Shown: positions 1 through 14,089 of the stretch, piece by piece
Numbering within the stretch: position 1 is the first letter of the stretch
Layout: every line of letters starts with the position of its first letter
Position numbers and translations under genes: made by a program
Source of the DNA: the human T2T-CHM13v2.0 reference genome, Homo sapiens
Length of the DNA: 64,000 bases
Reading direction: 5' to 3' (one strand)
Assembly (NCBI RefSeq): GCF_009914755.1
Contig: NC_060933.1
The notes under the pieces: model-generated
What the model was told of the DNA's origin: nothing
The model's input: only the letters and a program-made list of their open reading frames with translations
The model's database searches: none

Positions 1-215
1 GCATGGTGGTCAAAAATACTTGCTCTGTTTTTAGACAGTTGACATAACTCTTTAACTTGCTGTGTGCTCTTTGGAAAGTTACTTGTCCCCATGATTCATT
101 TTCTTAATCTGTAAAATGGGGATAGTAATAAATAGTGTTTAACTCCCTGGATTATTGTGAGGATTAAATGAAATACTACCACAAAAGTTCTTGATACATT
201 GAGATCACTAAATAA
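1..215 (+). mobile_element. MIR SINE fragment
   Basis: MIR core 'ttttcttaatctgtaaaatggggatagtaata...ggattattgtgaggattaaatga'; boundaries approximate. Confidence 0.8.
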
Positions 216-561
216 ATTTTATCATTTTTTCATACCTGCTTCCAAACAGGATTTGTAGAGATTTATTTCATATAACAAATATATAACAGTTAAAACAATG
301 TGGACAAAAAGAACAAGGATCCTGTAGTAAAAGGTGGTAAGTGTGGAAGTGAAGTCTTTTACTGTGCTAAGCCCAATCCAGAGCTAAGTCCCCTGAGTCC
401 ATGTCCCCACTTAAAATTTTTTCATGTATAGCTCCTCATCTGTAGGAAGAAGAATATTCACCCTACAATGCATGCAAGGACCTCCATGGGTGACTTCTGC
501 CCACGTGGGTTGCTAGCAGCACTCACTCTTTCATTTCTAAAATTGAAACACTATAGATCAC

Positions 562-570
<9 letters not shown>

Positions 571-601
<31 letters not shown>
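571..601. repeat. (TG)15 microsatellite
   Basis: Seen directly. Confidence 0.98.
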
Positions 602-605
<4 letters not shown>

Positions 606-1419
606 TTCTACGTTTCTGCTCTGCCTCTTGTATATCTGTATATAGTCCCTCTCTATCTGGAATACTTTCTCCTCTGTTTTTAATCTTCCACAAGTGACCA
701 AACAGTATGAAAAAGGCTTGAGAAAGTCCGTGATCACATTGGAGGAAGGTTTCCAAAAAGGCCAACATGCTGAAGGCAGTAGAGGCTACTGGTGAGGCAG
801 CAGTTTCTAGAGAGTGGGGAGTCAAACTCCTCAGGGGATCTCTATCTGGAAAGGAAGCAGTCCATACAGAGAAACTCACAGTGCACGAAGCCATAAATAT
901 ATACAGGAAATTGGAGGTGAGTGAAATCCAGAGGGGTTTGTCACTTCCAAGCCCGAACCACTAAATTAATACTGAATGTTGATTTATGTTAATGACATTT
1001 AGTAATGTAATTCTCTGTAAGAGCATCTGTATAATATTTCAGATATTCCCGGGGGTGCTTAGAGAAGGGGAGTTAGTCGACCATGTAATATTGTGTAAAA
1101 TTAATTAAACAGAGATTTTAATATAAGGAAGCTCTGAATTGGAAAATACATCTGTTTTGTATATGCACTTTTTTCCACCTCACCTGCAGTGCTTAGGTTT
1201 GCATAGAATCCCTGTGTTAAAAGAATCTGGGGTAGAGAAACCTATGATCTTATGCTAATACAGAAAATAAAGTTATAAGGCTTGAGGGCAGGATTACAGC
1301 TATGAAAGTCATTTACATATGTTCATTTTCACTAAAATAAAACATTACACAATACAACATATGTGAACATCTATAAATATTAAATTAGTGATAAATATTA
1401 CTATATTACTGATCTCTAT

Positions 1420-1770
1420 CATAATAGTTATTTATTTTAGACAATTTGAAAATTGCATTTAGACAATTACAGATTTTTAATAATATAATGAGCAAACCTG
1501 CCACTCAAAACAAAAACTAGGAAGTTGACCCTATGCTCCTCTATAACTCCAAACACATAATCCCCCTCAATCCATCACCTCAGGCAACCAATACTCTGAA
1601 TTCCACATTTATCACTCCCTTCTTTTCCATGTTATGCACTATATATATATATATATATATATGCCTGTGTATGTGTGATTTTTTAACTTAAAAAAGGTAA
1701 TAATGTTGTATGTAATCATTTGGACATTTTTTCAGTTAACATTTTATTGTAGTTATTGATATGTTTTGAT
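1420..1770 (-). mobile_element. Old L1M (L1ME-like) 3' fragment containing a short (TA)n at ~1640-1662
   Basis: Resembles the antisense L1ME 3' UTR ('caggcaaccaatactctgaattc...tttatcactccct'); highly diverged. Confidence 0.45.
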
Positions 1771-2319
1771 ATACTTCATTTTAGTTTATTATTTCAATTT
1801 TGTCTCATTTTCTATACCTTTCAGTAATAATTGTCTACCCTTTTTCCCACTATTTTTAAAACAAACACTTCAGCACACATCACATTCATTGAATTTCACT
1901 CCTCAAATACGTCTGTCATGTTGGCATTATCATTCTAGACTTTTAATTCTGTGTTAGTGCTTTCTCTTTTCTTTGCTCTTAGCAATATTTATAACAGTTT
2001 ATAACAAGGAATAAAATTACTTTAAAAATATGTTTCTTGCAACATCTCCTAAGATTTTAAACAATTTTCTCATCTAGATACTTGATCCAAACTGCTCCCT
2101 GTATGGGTCTTTTCAAAGTTTCAGAGGCTTTGTGTGATAAAAAAAAAAAATGTCTTCACATTTCAACAACAGTTAGCCAGATATCACACTCTAGATCCTA
2201 AGTTATTTTAATACTTTACAAATAGCACTCCACTGTTTTCTTGTATCCAATGTTGCCCTCAAAAAATCTAAGGTTAATTTGATTCTTGTTTCTTGGGTGT
2301 GATCTATTTACTCCTATTC

Positions 2320-2445
2320 ATTCTCCTTTCATTCAATTAATATTTACTAAATGTCTACTATTTGTGATGTACTAAGCTAGACACTGGGGTACAGGAGGGC
2401 ACAAGAAAGGTGTAGCTCTAAGTTCTTGGACGCTGACCTCTAGTG
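2320..2445 (-). mobile_element. L2 3' end fragment
   Basis: 'ttcattcaattaatatttactaaatgtctactatttgtg...ctagacactgggg' matches the antisense L2 tail. Confidence 0.65.
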
Positions 2446-4333
2446 AGATGCATTGAAGACTTCTAAGAATATGTTTTTATGGCCAATCTTAAAAGAAGCA
2501 TTACCTTCCTTTCATTCTTTTAAAGATTCAGTGTTTATAATCTCTATTCCTGTAGCATTTAACCTTACCTAAGTTGCTACTTCCAGCTCTGCTCCTTCTG
2601 TAATATAATTAACCTCACCTGAAGTGATTTAAAATTCACTGGGCTTACCTAGACTAGATTCCATTTTCTCACAGCTGTTGAAAAGCAAATTCACATACAG
2701 GTTGATTTTATATAAGGAGAACTCACAATCAGGTGTGTCAGTGGGGAGGGATTGCTGTATTCAACTTCATGACTCTGCTCTGAATTAAGAAATATAGAAA
2801 AGGCACGGATACTGTTATGCTTCATAATGCTATTTTCTTCTTTCTGGGCAAATAAAATTAGGCTTTGTGGCTGGAAAGAAGGTATATGCAGCTTAGGGAA
2901 AATTATGAAGCAGAAGGAAATGGAGTGAACAAAAGATAAATATTCAAAACATAAACTTGCCCTGGAAGTCTCAAATGTACTAAATCCTCTATGAATTGTG
3001 TTTCTTTCCATAAAAACCAGGAAATGATAATGGAAAAATATATGTGCATGTGCTTCATTAGCATACCTTTCCAGATAACTACATCTAGGCTTAGGCACAG
3101 ATTCAGAGAAGGCAAAAGAAAATGGACCCAGAGAGAAAGGAGGGATGGCATTTTGGATTTATTAGGGAAGCTGGTATATCCTTGGAAACTGTGTGGAATT
3201 TATTTTTAATGAAATAACACAATTCAATATATATCTTCTTACAGAACATCATTAATAAAATACTACAGTTCTGGGCCTTCTGGGAACTCAGACATGATAG
3301 CAGCAGATAATTGCCTTTGAGAGGAATATCAACAAGCATGAAATCTTCTTTCCAACTAAGTTAGACTTTAATATTGGAAGCCTTGCACATAACACAACAT
3401 CGATGACTTATATCCCTCTGCCTGCCTGAGGATCACCTGTTCCAAAGATTTCAGAAGGTGTAGTGTATCTCTGTTTTAAAGGGAAAGGATACACAATGTT
3501 CTTAAAGAGATCAAGAACTACCCCTTTATCCTGTGAATCTGGACATGTCCTTTGACACTGATGTGCACATGAGAGAGGCAAGCTTTCTAGCTGGGCAAGT
3601 TTTCTAGTTCTTTCATTTGCAACTAAGACACTAAATACTAAAAGAGAGACCCCTGTCTTTGTGTGGGGGCGGGTGTGTTTACTCAATTTCCCTCTGATTC
3701 ATATTTCCCTAAACTGTACATATCCTGTTCCTACTCAACCAGTAGAAAAAACATTTTAAATAATGATGAAGAAAGATTAGAGAATATATAATTCAATGAA
3801 TGAGTCTAAAGATGAAGGGAATGTTCATTATTCTGTATCATGCCAATGAGAGATGACAGAGTATATAACTCTTAAAAAAACCACAATATCTTCAATAAAT
3901 ACAAACTTTAATAGTCTTTTAAAACAATCATAGTTGCTTACCTCAATTAACAGAGCAGTACTTGGTGTGGTATATGAGAATTTCTGTCACACCTTCTCCA
4001 ATATGGCACTTCTAATTTTAAAAATAAACTGTTCTAGATAGGTTGTTTATAAAGTAGGTAGAGATTTCTTAGAATAAGTTATGAAGATGAATATGTTAAA
4101 AATATTTGACAAAATAATTAGATTTTAACAAAAAAGGAAACATGAAACAGTTATATTTTATATGGGAATAAGAAGAATATCAAGCAGTATTGTGTCTACA
4201 TTATTTCTGATTTTTTTAAATTAAGTATTGAAGATATAGTAAGAATGTTTGTAAACACTGTTAGCGATAAATAATTACAATGCAATGAACACTGTGTACC
4301 TAATATAGGTACCCAATTTAACTAATATAGCGT

Positions 4334-5307
4334 TGAGAGGTGAAGCCAGCTGGACTTCCTGGGTTGAGTGGGGACTTGGAGAACTTTTCTGTCTAGCTAA
4401 AGGTTTGTAAACACACCAATCAGCACTCTGTAAAAATGCACCAATCAGCGCTCTGTGTCTAGCTAAAGGTTTGTAAACACACCAATCAGCACCCTGTAAA
4501 AACACACCAATCAGCACTCTGTGTCTTGCTAAAGGTTTGTAAACCCACCAATCAGCACTCTGTAAAAATGCACCAATTGGCACTCTGTGTCTAAAGGTTT
4601 TAAATGCACCAATCAGCACTATAAAAACGCACCAATTGGCGCTCTGTGTCTAGCTAAAGATTTGTAAACGCACCAATCAGCACTCTGTAAAAATGGACCA
4701 ATCAGTGCTCTATAAAATGGACCAATCAGCAGGAAGTGGGAAGGGCCAAATAAGTGAATAAAAGCTGGCCACTGGAGCCAGCAGCAGCAACCTCCTGGGG
4801 GCCCCTTCCACGTTGTAGAAGCCTTTTTCTTTTGCTGTTTGCAATAAATCTTGGTGCTGCTCACTCTTTGGGTCCACACAGTCTTTATGAGCTGTAACAC
4901 TCACTATGAAGGTCTGCATCTTCATTCCTGAAGTCTGCCAGACCACGAACCCATCAGGAGGAATGAACAACTGTGGACGCGCCACCTTTAAGAGCTGTAA
5001 CACTCACTGCGAAGGTTTGCAGCTTCACTCCTGAAGTCAGCAAGACTACAAACCCACTGGGATGAACGAACAACTCTGGACGTACCACCTTTATGAACTG
5101 TAACACTCACTGCGAAGGTCTGCAGCTTCACTCCTGAAGTCAGCGAGACCACGAACCCACCAGAAGGAAGAAACTCCAGACACGTCTGAACATCAGAAGG
5201 AACAAACTCCGGACACACCATCTTTAAGAACTGTAACACTCACGGCGAGGGTCTGCAGCTTCATTCTTGAAGTCAGCAAGACCAAGAACCCACCAATTCT
5301 GGACACA
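4334..5307 (+). mobile_element. LTR12-family (ERV9) solo LTR
   Basis: Starts TGAGAGGTGAAGCCAGCTGG and ends CCACCAATTCTGGACACA. Tandem CCAAT units in U3 and about four ~104-bp 'gagctgtaacactcactgcgaaggtctgcagcttc' units in U5. 4-bp TSD gcgt (4330-4333)/gcat (5308-5311), differing by CpG decay. Confidence 0.95.
4405..4765 (+). promoter_or_regulatory. LTR12 U3 enhancer/promoter: 11 CCAAT (NF-Y) boxes followed by an AATAAAA TATA-like box
   Basis: CCAAT counted 11 times between 4416 and 4726; AATAAAA at ~4757-4763; poly(A) signal aataaa at 4843-4848. NF-Y-driven promoter activity of ERV9/LTR12 is established; activity of this copy is not shown. Confidence 0.7.
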
Positions 5308-5311
5308 GCAT

Positions 5312-6000
5312 GCCGATCACTTTTAAGGCCCTCATGGATCCATTACTGAGATCAGCCATTACTCCTACCCACCAAAGGTATAAAATAAACATAGTGCTTT
5401 ATCATTCCCTCACTGTTCTTCATAGTTTTACTACATTGGTTAATAACCTCTAACATCCTACTTTGCATGTTTTTAAAGTTTGTGTAACTAGACTTGCTTT
5501 TTTCTCTCAGTGTCATGTCTCTATGATAGAATCGCTCTTTTATGCATCTGTTGTTTGTTAATTCTCATTAATGTATAGAGTATCCCATTATGTGAAAATA
5601 CCCCATTATCCCCCTCTATTCAACTGTTCATGGACATTTGGGCTTTTTCCACTATTTTGCTATTGTAAAAATTGCTGCTGTTAACGTTCACCCCTGTGTC
5701 TCCTGATTCAGATATCCTGGGACACATAAGTGTCCCTTAGGTTTATAGCTAAGAATAGAATTGCTAAGTCATAGGGCATGCATATGTTCAATTTTACTGT
5801 AATATGGCAATTTGTTTCCCAAATACGTTTATTTGAAACATGGACTTTTCCAATTTTATTTGTTCCACATCTTTGCCAAAACTTCATATTACATGACTTT
5901 TAATTTTTGCCAATCCTGTATCTCACCCTTCATTTTAATATGTATGTCCCTCGTTATTAATGAGGTTCACAAGATATGATTTCTCATCTGTGGTATGCCT
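5312..6000 (-). mobile_element. Old L1M (L1ME-like) fragment, probably the host split by the LTR12
   Basis: Antisense L1 3' motifs 'catggacatttgggctttttcc...tttgctattgtaaaaattgctgctg', 'agaattgctaagtcataggg', 'ccacatctttgccaaaact'. Confidence 0.65.
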
Positions 6001-7334
6001 ATTTATGGTATTTCCTTGTGTATTTTGTGGTTTTTGACTCTAAGTTGATATTCCTTGAAGCTTTATCTGAAGGAATTCTTTGATGCCTGAGTCAAATGTG
6101 AACTAAATCAGATATAATTTGCATTTTCTCCTGCCACATATTTAGAAGCTTTACCAAACTTCACCAACTGTAAATATTTGACTTGAGGGTTTTCTCTCTT
6201 TCTCTCTTTCTCTCTCTCTCTCTCTTTCTTTGGATTTCCCAAGTAGAATGAATTCAGGATGCAAACCATACATGAGAACCTATTTGTGGTTACTAAAATT
6301 CCTGGTTTTTGTTTTTCTTCACTCATTGTCAAGGCTCAAGGAAGACAATTATTTTTGCTATAACCTGGTATAGACAGGTTATTTGTAATTTACCTTAAAA
6401 TGTAGCTACAGCCCTTTATGTCTTTAGAGTCTTGGGCATGTCTCCTTAGATGCTCACATTAAACCAGCTTTAGGAGATTGTTATCTAAAGTAATTATGTT
6501 ACTCTAATAATAAAAATATTGAATGGCAAAACATATGAACTATTCTTTTAGCTTATATTTATAAAATTATATATTTTATATGCCACTTATCAATGTATCT
6601 AGGAAGAGCTATGTTATAAAGACAAGATAATGTCAGAGAAAGATAATGTTTGTCTTCAAATATTATTACTTTACAATTTCAGAGATTTCTAACCACAGAT
6701 TGGAAGCTACATATCAGAGTTTTAAAGTTTTATATCATAAACATTCTTCAACTCTCCTGACCTGGCTGGGTTAGATCCCCACCTTCAACAATGGTTTAAG
6801 AATTATGTCTTTCATAAATGTTGACAACCATGCACAGAGGCATCATTCCCACCTACCCAAGATCTCTAGACGTCAGCATTCCTAAATTCCTGCCTCATCT
6901 CTTAGAGGATTCACAGTCAGCCCCACTTAGTGTTGCATCACCCTGCAGGGAGCCTCATCATCTTCCTAGAAAACCAGCCAACCTAGCATCTCAACTTCCC
7001 ACACGAAACAAACAAACGAAAACCTCACCTTTCATAAATGCATCCAGAACTTTGCAATCATAAAATCTAGAAACTATTTTGCATTCAACAGACATCTAGA
7101 GTTGTATTATGTAGTTGAATAATATTTTTACTTTGAATTACCTATGGAGGACACAATAAATTTCTGATTTGAGGGGACATAAAGTCTTAATGTAGTCTGA
7201 TATGTTTCTAATATGAGGAGAAATAAAGTCTTAATCTGGCCCTGGTTTCATGTTCCAACATTCCATGCTTCCTTTTCTTGATGTCTGGATTTGGACTACT
7301 CCTAAATTGCCCTTAAAGAGCCATTATACCAATA

Positions 7335-7520
7335 ATAGTTACTTATTTTTTTTTAGTGTCTACTATCTGCCAGACAACATGTATGTGTTTTACATACATT
7401 TTCTGTAATTCTTACAATGCTTCATGATGGCTCAATATTGCCCAACTAGTAAATGCCTGAGCTGTATCCTACCTCAGCTCATTGCTTCCATGGTTTCTGC
7501 CTTCTGCTATACGGTGCTAC
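7335..7520 (-). mobile_element. MIR fragment
   Basis: 'gtgtctactatctgccagac...gttttacatacattttctgtaattcttacaa'. Confidence 0.55.
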
Positions 7521-7949
7521 CACACATTGTGAGAAAATAGCCTTCCCATTGTTCGCATCCAGCAGATGACTACAAAATTAAACTATTTCTTTCAGCACAA
7601 ACATGTTTAGAGTTGTTTGGCAAATAATAAAGGAAGAACCTTTTACTCTGAAATCTTAATTCACATCTATGCATAATGGATGTTAACTCCGAAGCCATGT
7701 ATTATTTAATAATTATCTAGTTATATCACTTTGTGTATCAATTTATCAAGTCTGGAATAAAGAAATGGCATGACAAATACTTTCAGCTTTTGTGTTTATG
7801 AACATCTTCCATTGTTCTCCTGCTATTAAAATGCTGACATATACACATAGAGCAGAAATAGGTTTTCTTTGAATGATACATAAATGAAAAAAAAAAAAGA
7901 GAAAACTTCAGAATGGAGTTTACGATCACAGCCCTTGTAGCCCTTGACA

Positions 7950-8065
7950 GATACTTAAGTCTGCCATCTCCTAAACCTTCCTGTGCTCCTGCTTCCTCCC
8001 TGCAAAATGGGGATAATACACATCTGACTTCTCCTAGGTAAAAGCTATTCAATGTAGACATAAAT
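7950..8065 (+). mobile_element. MIR fragment
   Basis: 'gcttcctccctgcaaaatggggataatac' MIR core. Confidence 0.65.
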
Positions 8066-8651
8066 TCAAAGCAATTTGGTTTCTTCAGAGCTAAGAATTT
8101 TATAAACAAAAGACATTATCGTGATGCTCTTCTTATTATTCAGGAATGCAGCCACAGTATGGGGGAAAATCCAGCATTTCACGTCATTGAAAAAGCGTCT
8201 ATCTCTTTTATTCTTCTATCTTAGTAGCATTAGTGAAAAAAAAAGTCTGATATACTTGACAAGTCAGAACTATTGATACAGATGTAAAAGTTATCTGTTT
8301 GCATGTACTGATCCAATAATACACGACTCCCAGACATGTAAAACCATTAAAACTTAGATGTGGGTAATTCAGAATCATTTGAATTCATCTTTAATTTGTT
8401 TGCTTATTGACCTATTAGCTTAAATCTAGTTTTATTTTTAATTAACTTTATTACTATATAATGTATTATAATTTACAAAGTTTTACTGTAAAATTCAATG
8501 AAATGAGAAATTTATAAATCCAAATAATCAGCACCACACTGATTAAGATACGGAATATTTTCATCATCAGAGAGTTTCCTTGTGGCCCTTTACATAGGCC
8601 CAGTTTTAACTTATTAGAAATTAGAGCTTATATCTAAGGAAGTGGTATTAT

Positions 8652-8729
8652 CAGCCCCATCCTGAGATTATCTAAGGGCTTAGTTATAAATCACCTTATT
8701 ACTTATAAACTCAGGTGTGCTCTTACGGG
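8652..8729 (-). repeat. ~78-bp isolated copy of the MER21 segment at 10014-10090
   Basis: Manual alignment gives about 9 differences in 78 bp. Confidence 0.9.
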
Positions 8730-8913
8730 TTCATCAGATTCAAAACTTCAGTGCCTGGATTCCTGTCAAGGGGATGTGAATCGGGAAATCATCTGTTTTT
8801 CTGTTATGATTTATCATTTCCTTACCAAGGCCTTCCCTGTCTAACGGCCTTATTATTCTGTCTTGTCCTTGATTTTCCCCTTTTTCCTTCTTTTCACAAT
8901 TTGTATTTATGTT

Positions 8914-8916
<3 letters not shown>

Positions 8917-8945
<29 letters not shown>
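8917..8945. repeat. (GT)14 microsatellite
   Basis: Seen directly. Confidence 0.97.
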
Positions 8946-9238
8946 ATTTAATCACCTCATCCACAGGACTGGAGACCTTTCAGAAATAGGAATCATGTTT
9001 TCTTTATTGCTGATATGCCCTTAATTAAAGCCTGACCCCTCCTTATCACATGGAAATTCTTTATAATTATTTTTGAATATACCAATAAATACCTAATTTA
9101 TTTATACAACATTATTAAATACCTACTCTAGGCACGTGGGCTACATTGTACAAAAATCTAATAGGGAAAAATAATTCTTAGTAAGAAAACCCTATTTTAT
9201 GCTGAATCCATAATTATGTCCCTATAAAACAACACCTT

Positions 9239-9585
<347 letters not shown>

Positions 9586-9657
9586 TTAGGATCTAATTGA
9601 CAATATGCATGAGGGAAGGAAGGCTACTTGAGAAAAAGTATAAAAGCAACACCTTTA

Positions 9658-9812
9658 CCCTGGCTTTGGAGTCGGGCATGCCTAGATCCTGTCTGTGCTA
9701 TTCACTAGCTGTTTGCTCACATAAAAGTCATGTAACTTCCCTGAGCTGTGATTTACACATTAGTGAGTAGAAATCATAGTTCCACCTCATATGGGTGATG
9801 TTAAAGTTGAAT
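9658..9812 (+). mobile_element. MIR fragment
   Basis: 'ggctttggagtc...ttcactagctgt...aagtcatgtaacttccctgagc...ccacctcatatgggtgatgt'. Confidence 0.7.
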
Positions 9813-10198
9813 GGAAGAGACGCATAAGGCAAGGTATGGGAGAGCAGCAGGTGCACGGACCTTCCATGCTCTCTTCAGTTAAACCGCATTCCCAACACCT
9901 GGAGGTGTTCATCAACTCTCTTCTCTCCAGGCTCCAGTTCCCCCTACCCTTCCGGAGGTCAGTGGGTGGGGCTAAAAGTTCCAGCCCTCTAATCACTTGG
10001 TGTTTCTGGTGACCAGTCCCATGTTGAGATTATCTAAGGGCCCAGCTATAAATCACCTTATTACAATAAACTCAGGTGTACTCTTAAGGGGGCTTGTTAT
10101 GAATAACAAAAGACACCTGATCACTCAGGCAACTCCAAGGGTTTTAGAAGCTCTAGGCCAGAAGCTGCAGACAAAGATCAAAAATATTTCTTATGGCA
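9813..10198 (-). mobile_element. MER21-family LTR (5' part)
   Basis: Reverse complement matches the MER21 start 'aagaaatattttt..tctttgtc...agagcttctaaaacccttgg...gtcttttgttattcataac...cacctgagtttat'. Confidence 0.8.
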
Positions 10199-10609
10199 GT
10201 AGTTTAATAGATTGTTTTTTCAAATTTAGATGTAGGAAATGTAACACTATCCCCAAGGGTAAGGCTATGAATGGTGCTGAGGGAGAATATGTCCCTAGGA
10301 ACTTCTTAATACTTAGAACAACCTTGTCAGAAAGTCATTTGACTAATGAATCCCTCAGAAAAAGTCTCTTAGAGTGATGAAAACGTTGTGTGAAATCACA
10401 CAGCCAGCAAATAGCTGAGCTAATATTTGAAATCAAGGAAATCTACTTCAATGTTTACTTTCTTTTAATAGGTAATTCTTATATCTGTCCTGTACCTACT
10501 ATGTGGGATGTATTCTATGCCCTGGGGGCAGGAACAGCAGTGAAAAAACACAAACACTGCCCTCATGGAGATCCAGTTCTAGAATATAGGATAAAAGGAC
10601 ATATATTTA

Positions 10610-10790
10610 GTCAGCACACTTTGTATTATCTCATTAAGTCCTTACAGTACTCTCAGAGTTCAGCAGAGAAAATTACATTATTCCCATTTCATATGCAAGG
10701 AAAATGAGGCTGAAAGAGAGTTATTAAGCTGGTAAACCAGACTGAACAGGCAGTACTTAAGCCTGCATTTTCTGGTTCAAGATCTGGTGT
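10610..10790 (-). mobile_element. MIR fragment
   Basis: 'ttatctcattaagtccttacag...attattcccatttcatatgcaaggaaaatgaggc'. Confidence 0.7.
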
Positions 10791-11009
10791 TTTGCTGGTT
10801 GCCAAATCAATGAAAACTTCAAATTTTATCCTTCAGGTAGGAGAGGTGGTGGTCATATTAACAACAATATACTGAACCACAAGGCAAGACTAAACATTTA
10901 TCCTTAAGATGGAGACGAGGGATGGGTAACAAGAGGTAGATAAATAGCGATGGAGTGGAATGCAAGGCAAGATCAACTGTCAGAGGTGAACATCAGGCCT
11001 TACCAGGAG

Positions 11010-11430
11010 GAAAACACCAGCCTGACTTCCAACTTCCAGCAACTCCATCTTTCTGCTCGATGTCTTTCTTCAGAGTTTGGTCTGCCCCAGTATAGCAGGG
11101 CAGGTCAAAGGTGCCAGGGAATTAACACCCATTCTCCTCTCCCAAGCAACCTTCAGCTAATGACTAATGGAAGTTAGTAGATAAATACCCTTTGCCCCTT
11201 AGAGGGGATAACTCTGAGGAAAAAGCTCTTATACTAGCTGCAGGTGTTCCCCAGCAGGATTCAATCTCAGTTACTGAATGGTAAGTTGGTTGATAACTTG
11301 TACTAACCTCTTTTTTTTTTCCCTTGTCTCATTCCCCTATCAGTGTTTTTTGGGATTAATTCCCAAATAAATTTCCTGCAATATAATGTTTTCATGAGAG
11401 TCTCTGTCTGACGGAACCAAGACTAAGACA
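11010..11430 (+). mobile_element. LTR16-family (ERVL) solo LTR, LTR16C-like
   Basis: 'gtgccagggaattaacaccc','gataaataccc','gggataactctgagg','cccaaataaa'; terminus 'ggaaccaagactaagaca'. Confidence 0.8.
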
Positions 11431-13734
11431 CCAATGGATTCGCCCAGGTAAGGGTAGCCAGTCAGTGCTCATAGGATTAACAGGTCCATACCAAAGCCAT
11501 ATCAGGTATATCTGAAGATCTCTTTCCAACGCAATGCTTCACTTTGCGTAAAGACTATGAACCACAGTTTGCCAGGCCTTTTTCTGATGGAGGACTTCAC
11601 TGTCAGTAATCTCTAATTCTGAAGGCAAGAGATATGAAACGTAGTTACTGCTTACAAAGCAAATGGGGATTTTTTTTTCCATCATCCAAACAGAATCAGA
11701 TGACAGTGAGAAAAGCCTTTTCCTCTTTTTTCCCCACTGCCCTCACTACCAGTGTTCTCTCTCCCTTCCAGCCTCCCTCTTTTCTCTCCTGCCTCCCTCA
11801 TTTTCTTGCTTTCTTCCTTTATTCCTTCAGTAAAGATAATCTTATCTAAATTATAGCCTTTTTGAAAGAAGACATTCCTTTAGATAAAAAGGTAGGCAGA
11901 TACAAGATAGGTGATTAACCTTTCCTCCCTTGATGTCTTTTGTTTTCTAAATCCATCAGAAGATGTATGGGGGTAGGTAGAGGTAACAGGTAAGAAATAA
12001 ATTATTAGTACTGAGCTAGCTGTACTTAGAACTCCTTGTTATTACCCAGTACTATACATATAGATTCTTATTAAGAAAGAAAATCCTCTGTGAAGGAAAT
12101 AATCCATTTCATTTTCCAATTGAACACAGTGTAGCTAACAGAAATAACAGAATTAACTATAGAATTCCCAGCCCCAAACTGTTGTCATTTTCTTCTTTAG
12201 TAAAATGAACACATGTGCAGAGTGTATTAATTTCATTACAAGGTAGAAAAGATAAACTTGCCCCATCTTTTTGCATTTAACTCCCATTTGGCATGAGGCC
12301 ATTGCTCTCACATTCATTAGATTACCAGAGTTCAAACAATCATCTGTCTTGGCACTTGAGAAAAAAACTTAGACATTCTTGTTTTATTAAAACATGGAAT
12401 CATTGGCATAGGAAACAAAATTAACAGGTACTTGATAAGGGTCCCAGCCCACCATCAAAACTGATAACTGTCCTTATTTGAAATAAACAGAAGAAAGCCC
12501 TTCATACTAGTCCTTGAAGTAAGCTCTATGATCATAAAATATAATAAAATAGGTAAACTATGTAGTTATAAGAAACGAAGGAGATAACTCAAGTCGAAAA
12601 AAAATGTATTAGTGAATAGCTTCATCAATTAAATTCAGTGCAAGGTGTGCTGGAAAATGTCACTTTATTGTGATTTTACCCAATCACTGGCATGCTCTCT
12701 TTCAATGCTCACATATTAGAAGTTTAGAAGAGTATGTATTCGTTGCCAAGAAGATGGATATTGTTGCATAAAGTATATTTCAAAACCATTTCAACTATGA
12801 TATTGAAGCAAATATATGACAGTAAATCCTAAAATAACAGAAGTGAAAAAAAAAATCATGTCCTTGCTGCTTAAAGTGGAAAGCCTGGTCTCCAGGGCGT
12901 ATACCCATATGGCAAGTTAACCAACAAAGCCCACACAAATCCTGTAATGTCAATTTCATTGGGTGGTAAATAATTTAAAATACCATTTATATACTTAAAC
13001 AGACATAGTATAAAGTTGAATGAAATGTTTTCATCACTTCTTGAAATAAAACCATAGCATTCTGATAAGTTTTTATAATTACAGTTTGTTCTTTCTAGCC
13101 ATAGCTCAGACCTCAGCAGGGCAAATTCACACTCCTCTGTCATGGATACTTTTTTGGAACAGGACTTATTAAGCTTAGTTATTAGTGGTATAAACATTTC
13201 AGCAACCTTTTTCTGTGTTATAAATTAATATTAGATCTTAAGTTTGGCCCTTTGGTCTTCAATATAGATTCCTATCCATTTGTCTTGGTTAAAAAAATGT
13301 TAAAAATAGGAGTATCCATTGGGCAGAAGGAAACTAGGGACGCTACCATAATTCACAGTGAGCTCTGGGTAACAGAAAACTCAGGGTTCCATACAACTAG
13401 TTATGGGGCACTTCATTTCTGAGACTCCATTTCCTCCCACGAAATGTAGAAGATTGATGATTTATTTAACAGACACTTATATAGAAATTACCAGGTGCCA
13501 GGTGCTGTTATAAGCACTTTTTTATGTATTGACTCACTTATTCTTTATGACAAAGCTGCGAGTTGCAAGTGCTATGAATCATATGCAAAGTAAATCCAAG
13601 TAAGGAAACAGAGATATATGGGACTATTTTAGAGAGTCTAGTCAGAATATTTTATTATTTTATTTACTATTTTATGTGTGATACTTGGAGTTGACAATTT
13701 TGAATAGGAAGTAATATTTAAGAAGTCCTGATTA

Positions 13735-14089
<355 letters not shown>

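Noticed and set aside
2691-3098. 135-aa minus-strand ORF in non-repeat DNA
   Set aside because: Non-ATG start, Phe/Ser/Ile-rich composition typical of random AT-rich frames, no recognisable homology or splice context
4275-5239. Four overlapping minus-strand ORFs with repeated 'SADWCVYK' motifs
   Set aside because: Antisense translation of the LTR12 tandem CCAAT and U5 repeats
4400-5290. Regularly spaced repeats superficially like a CRISPR array
   Set aside because: Tandem LTR12 units without unique spacers, in eukaryotic DNA with no cas genes
9997-10377. 126-aa ORF
   Set aside because: Runs through MER21 and MIR-derived sequence, with no coding signature
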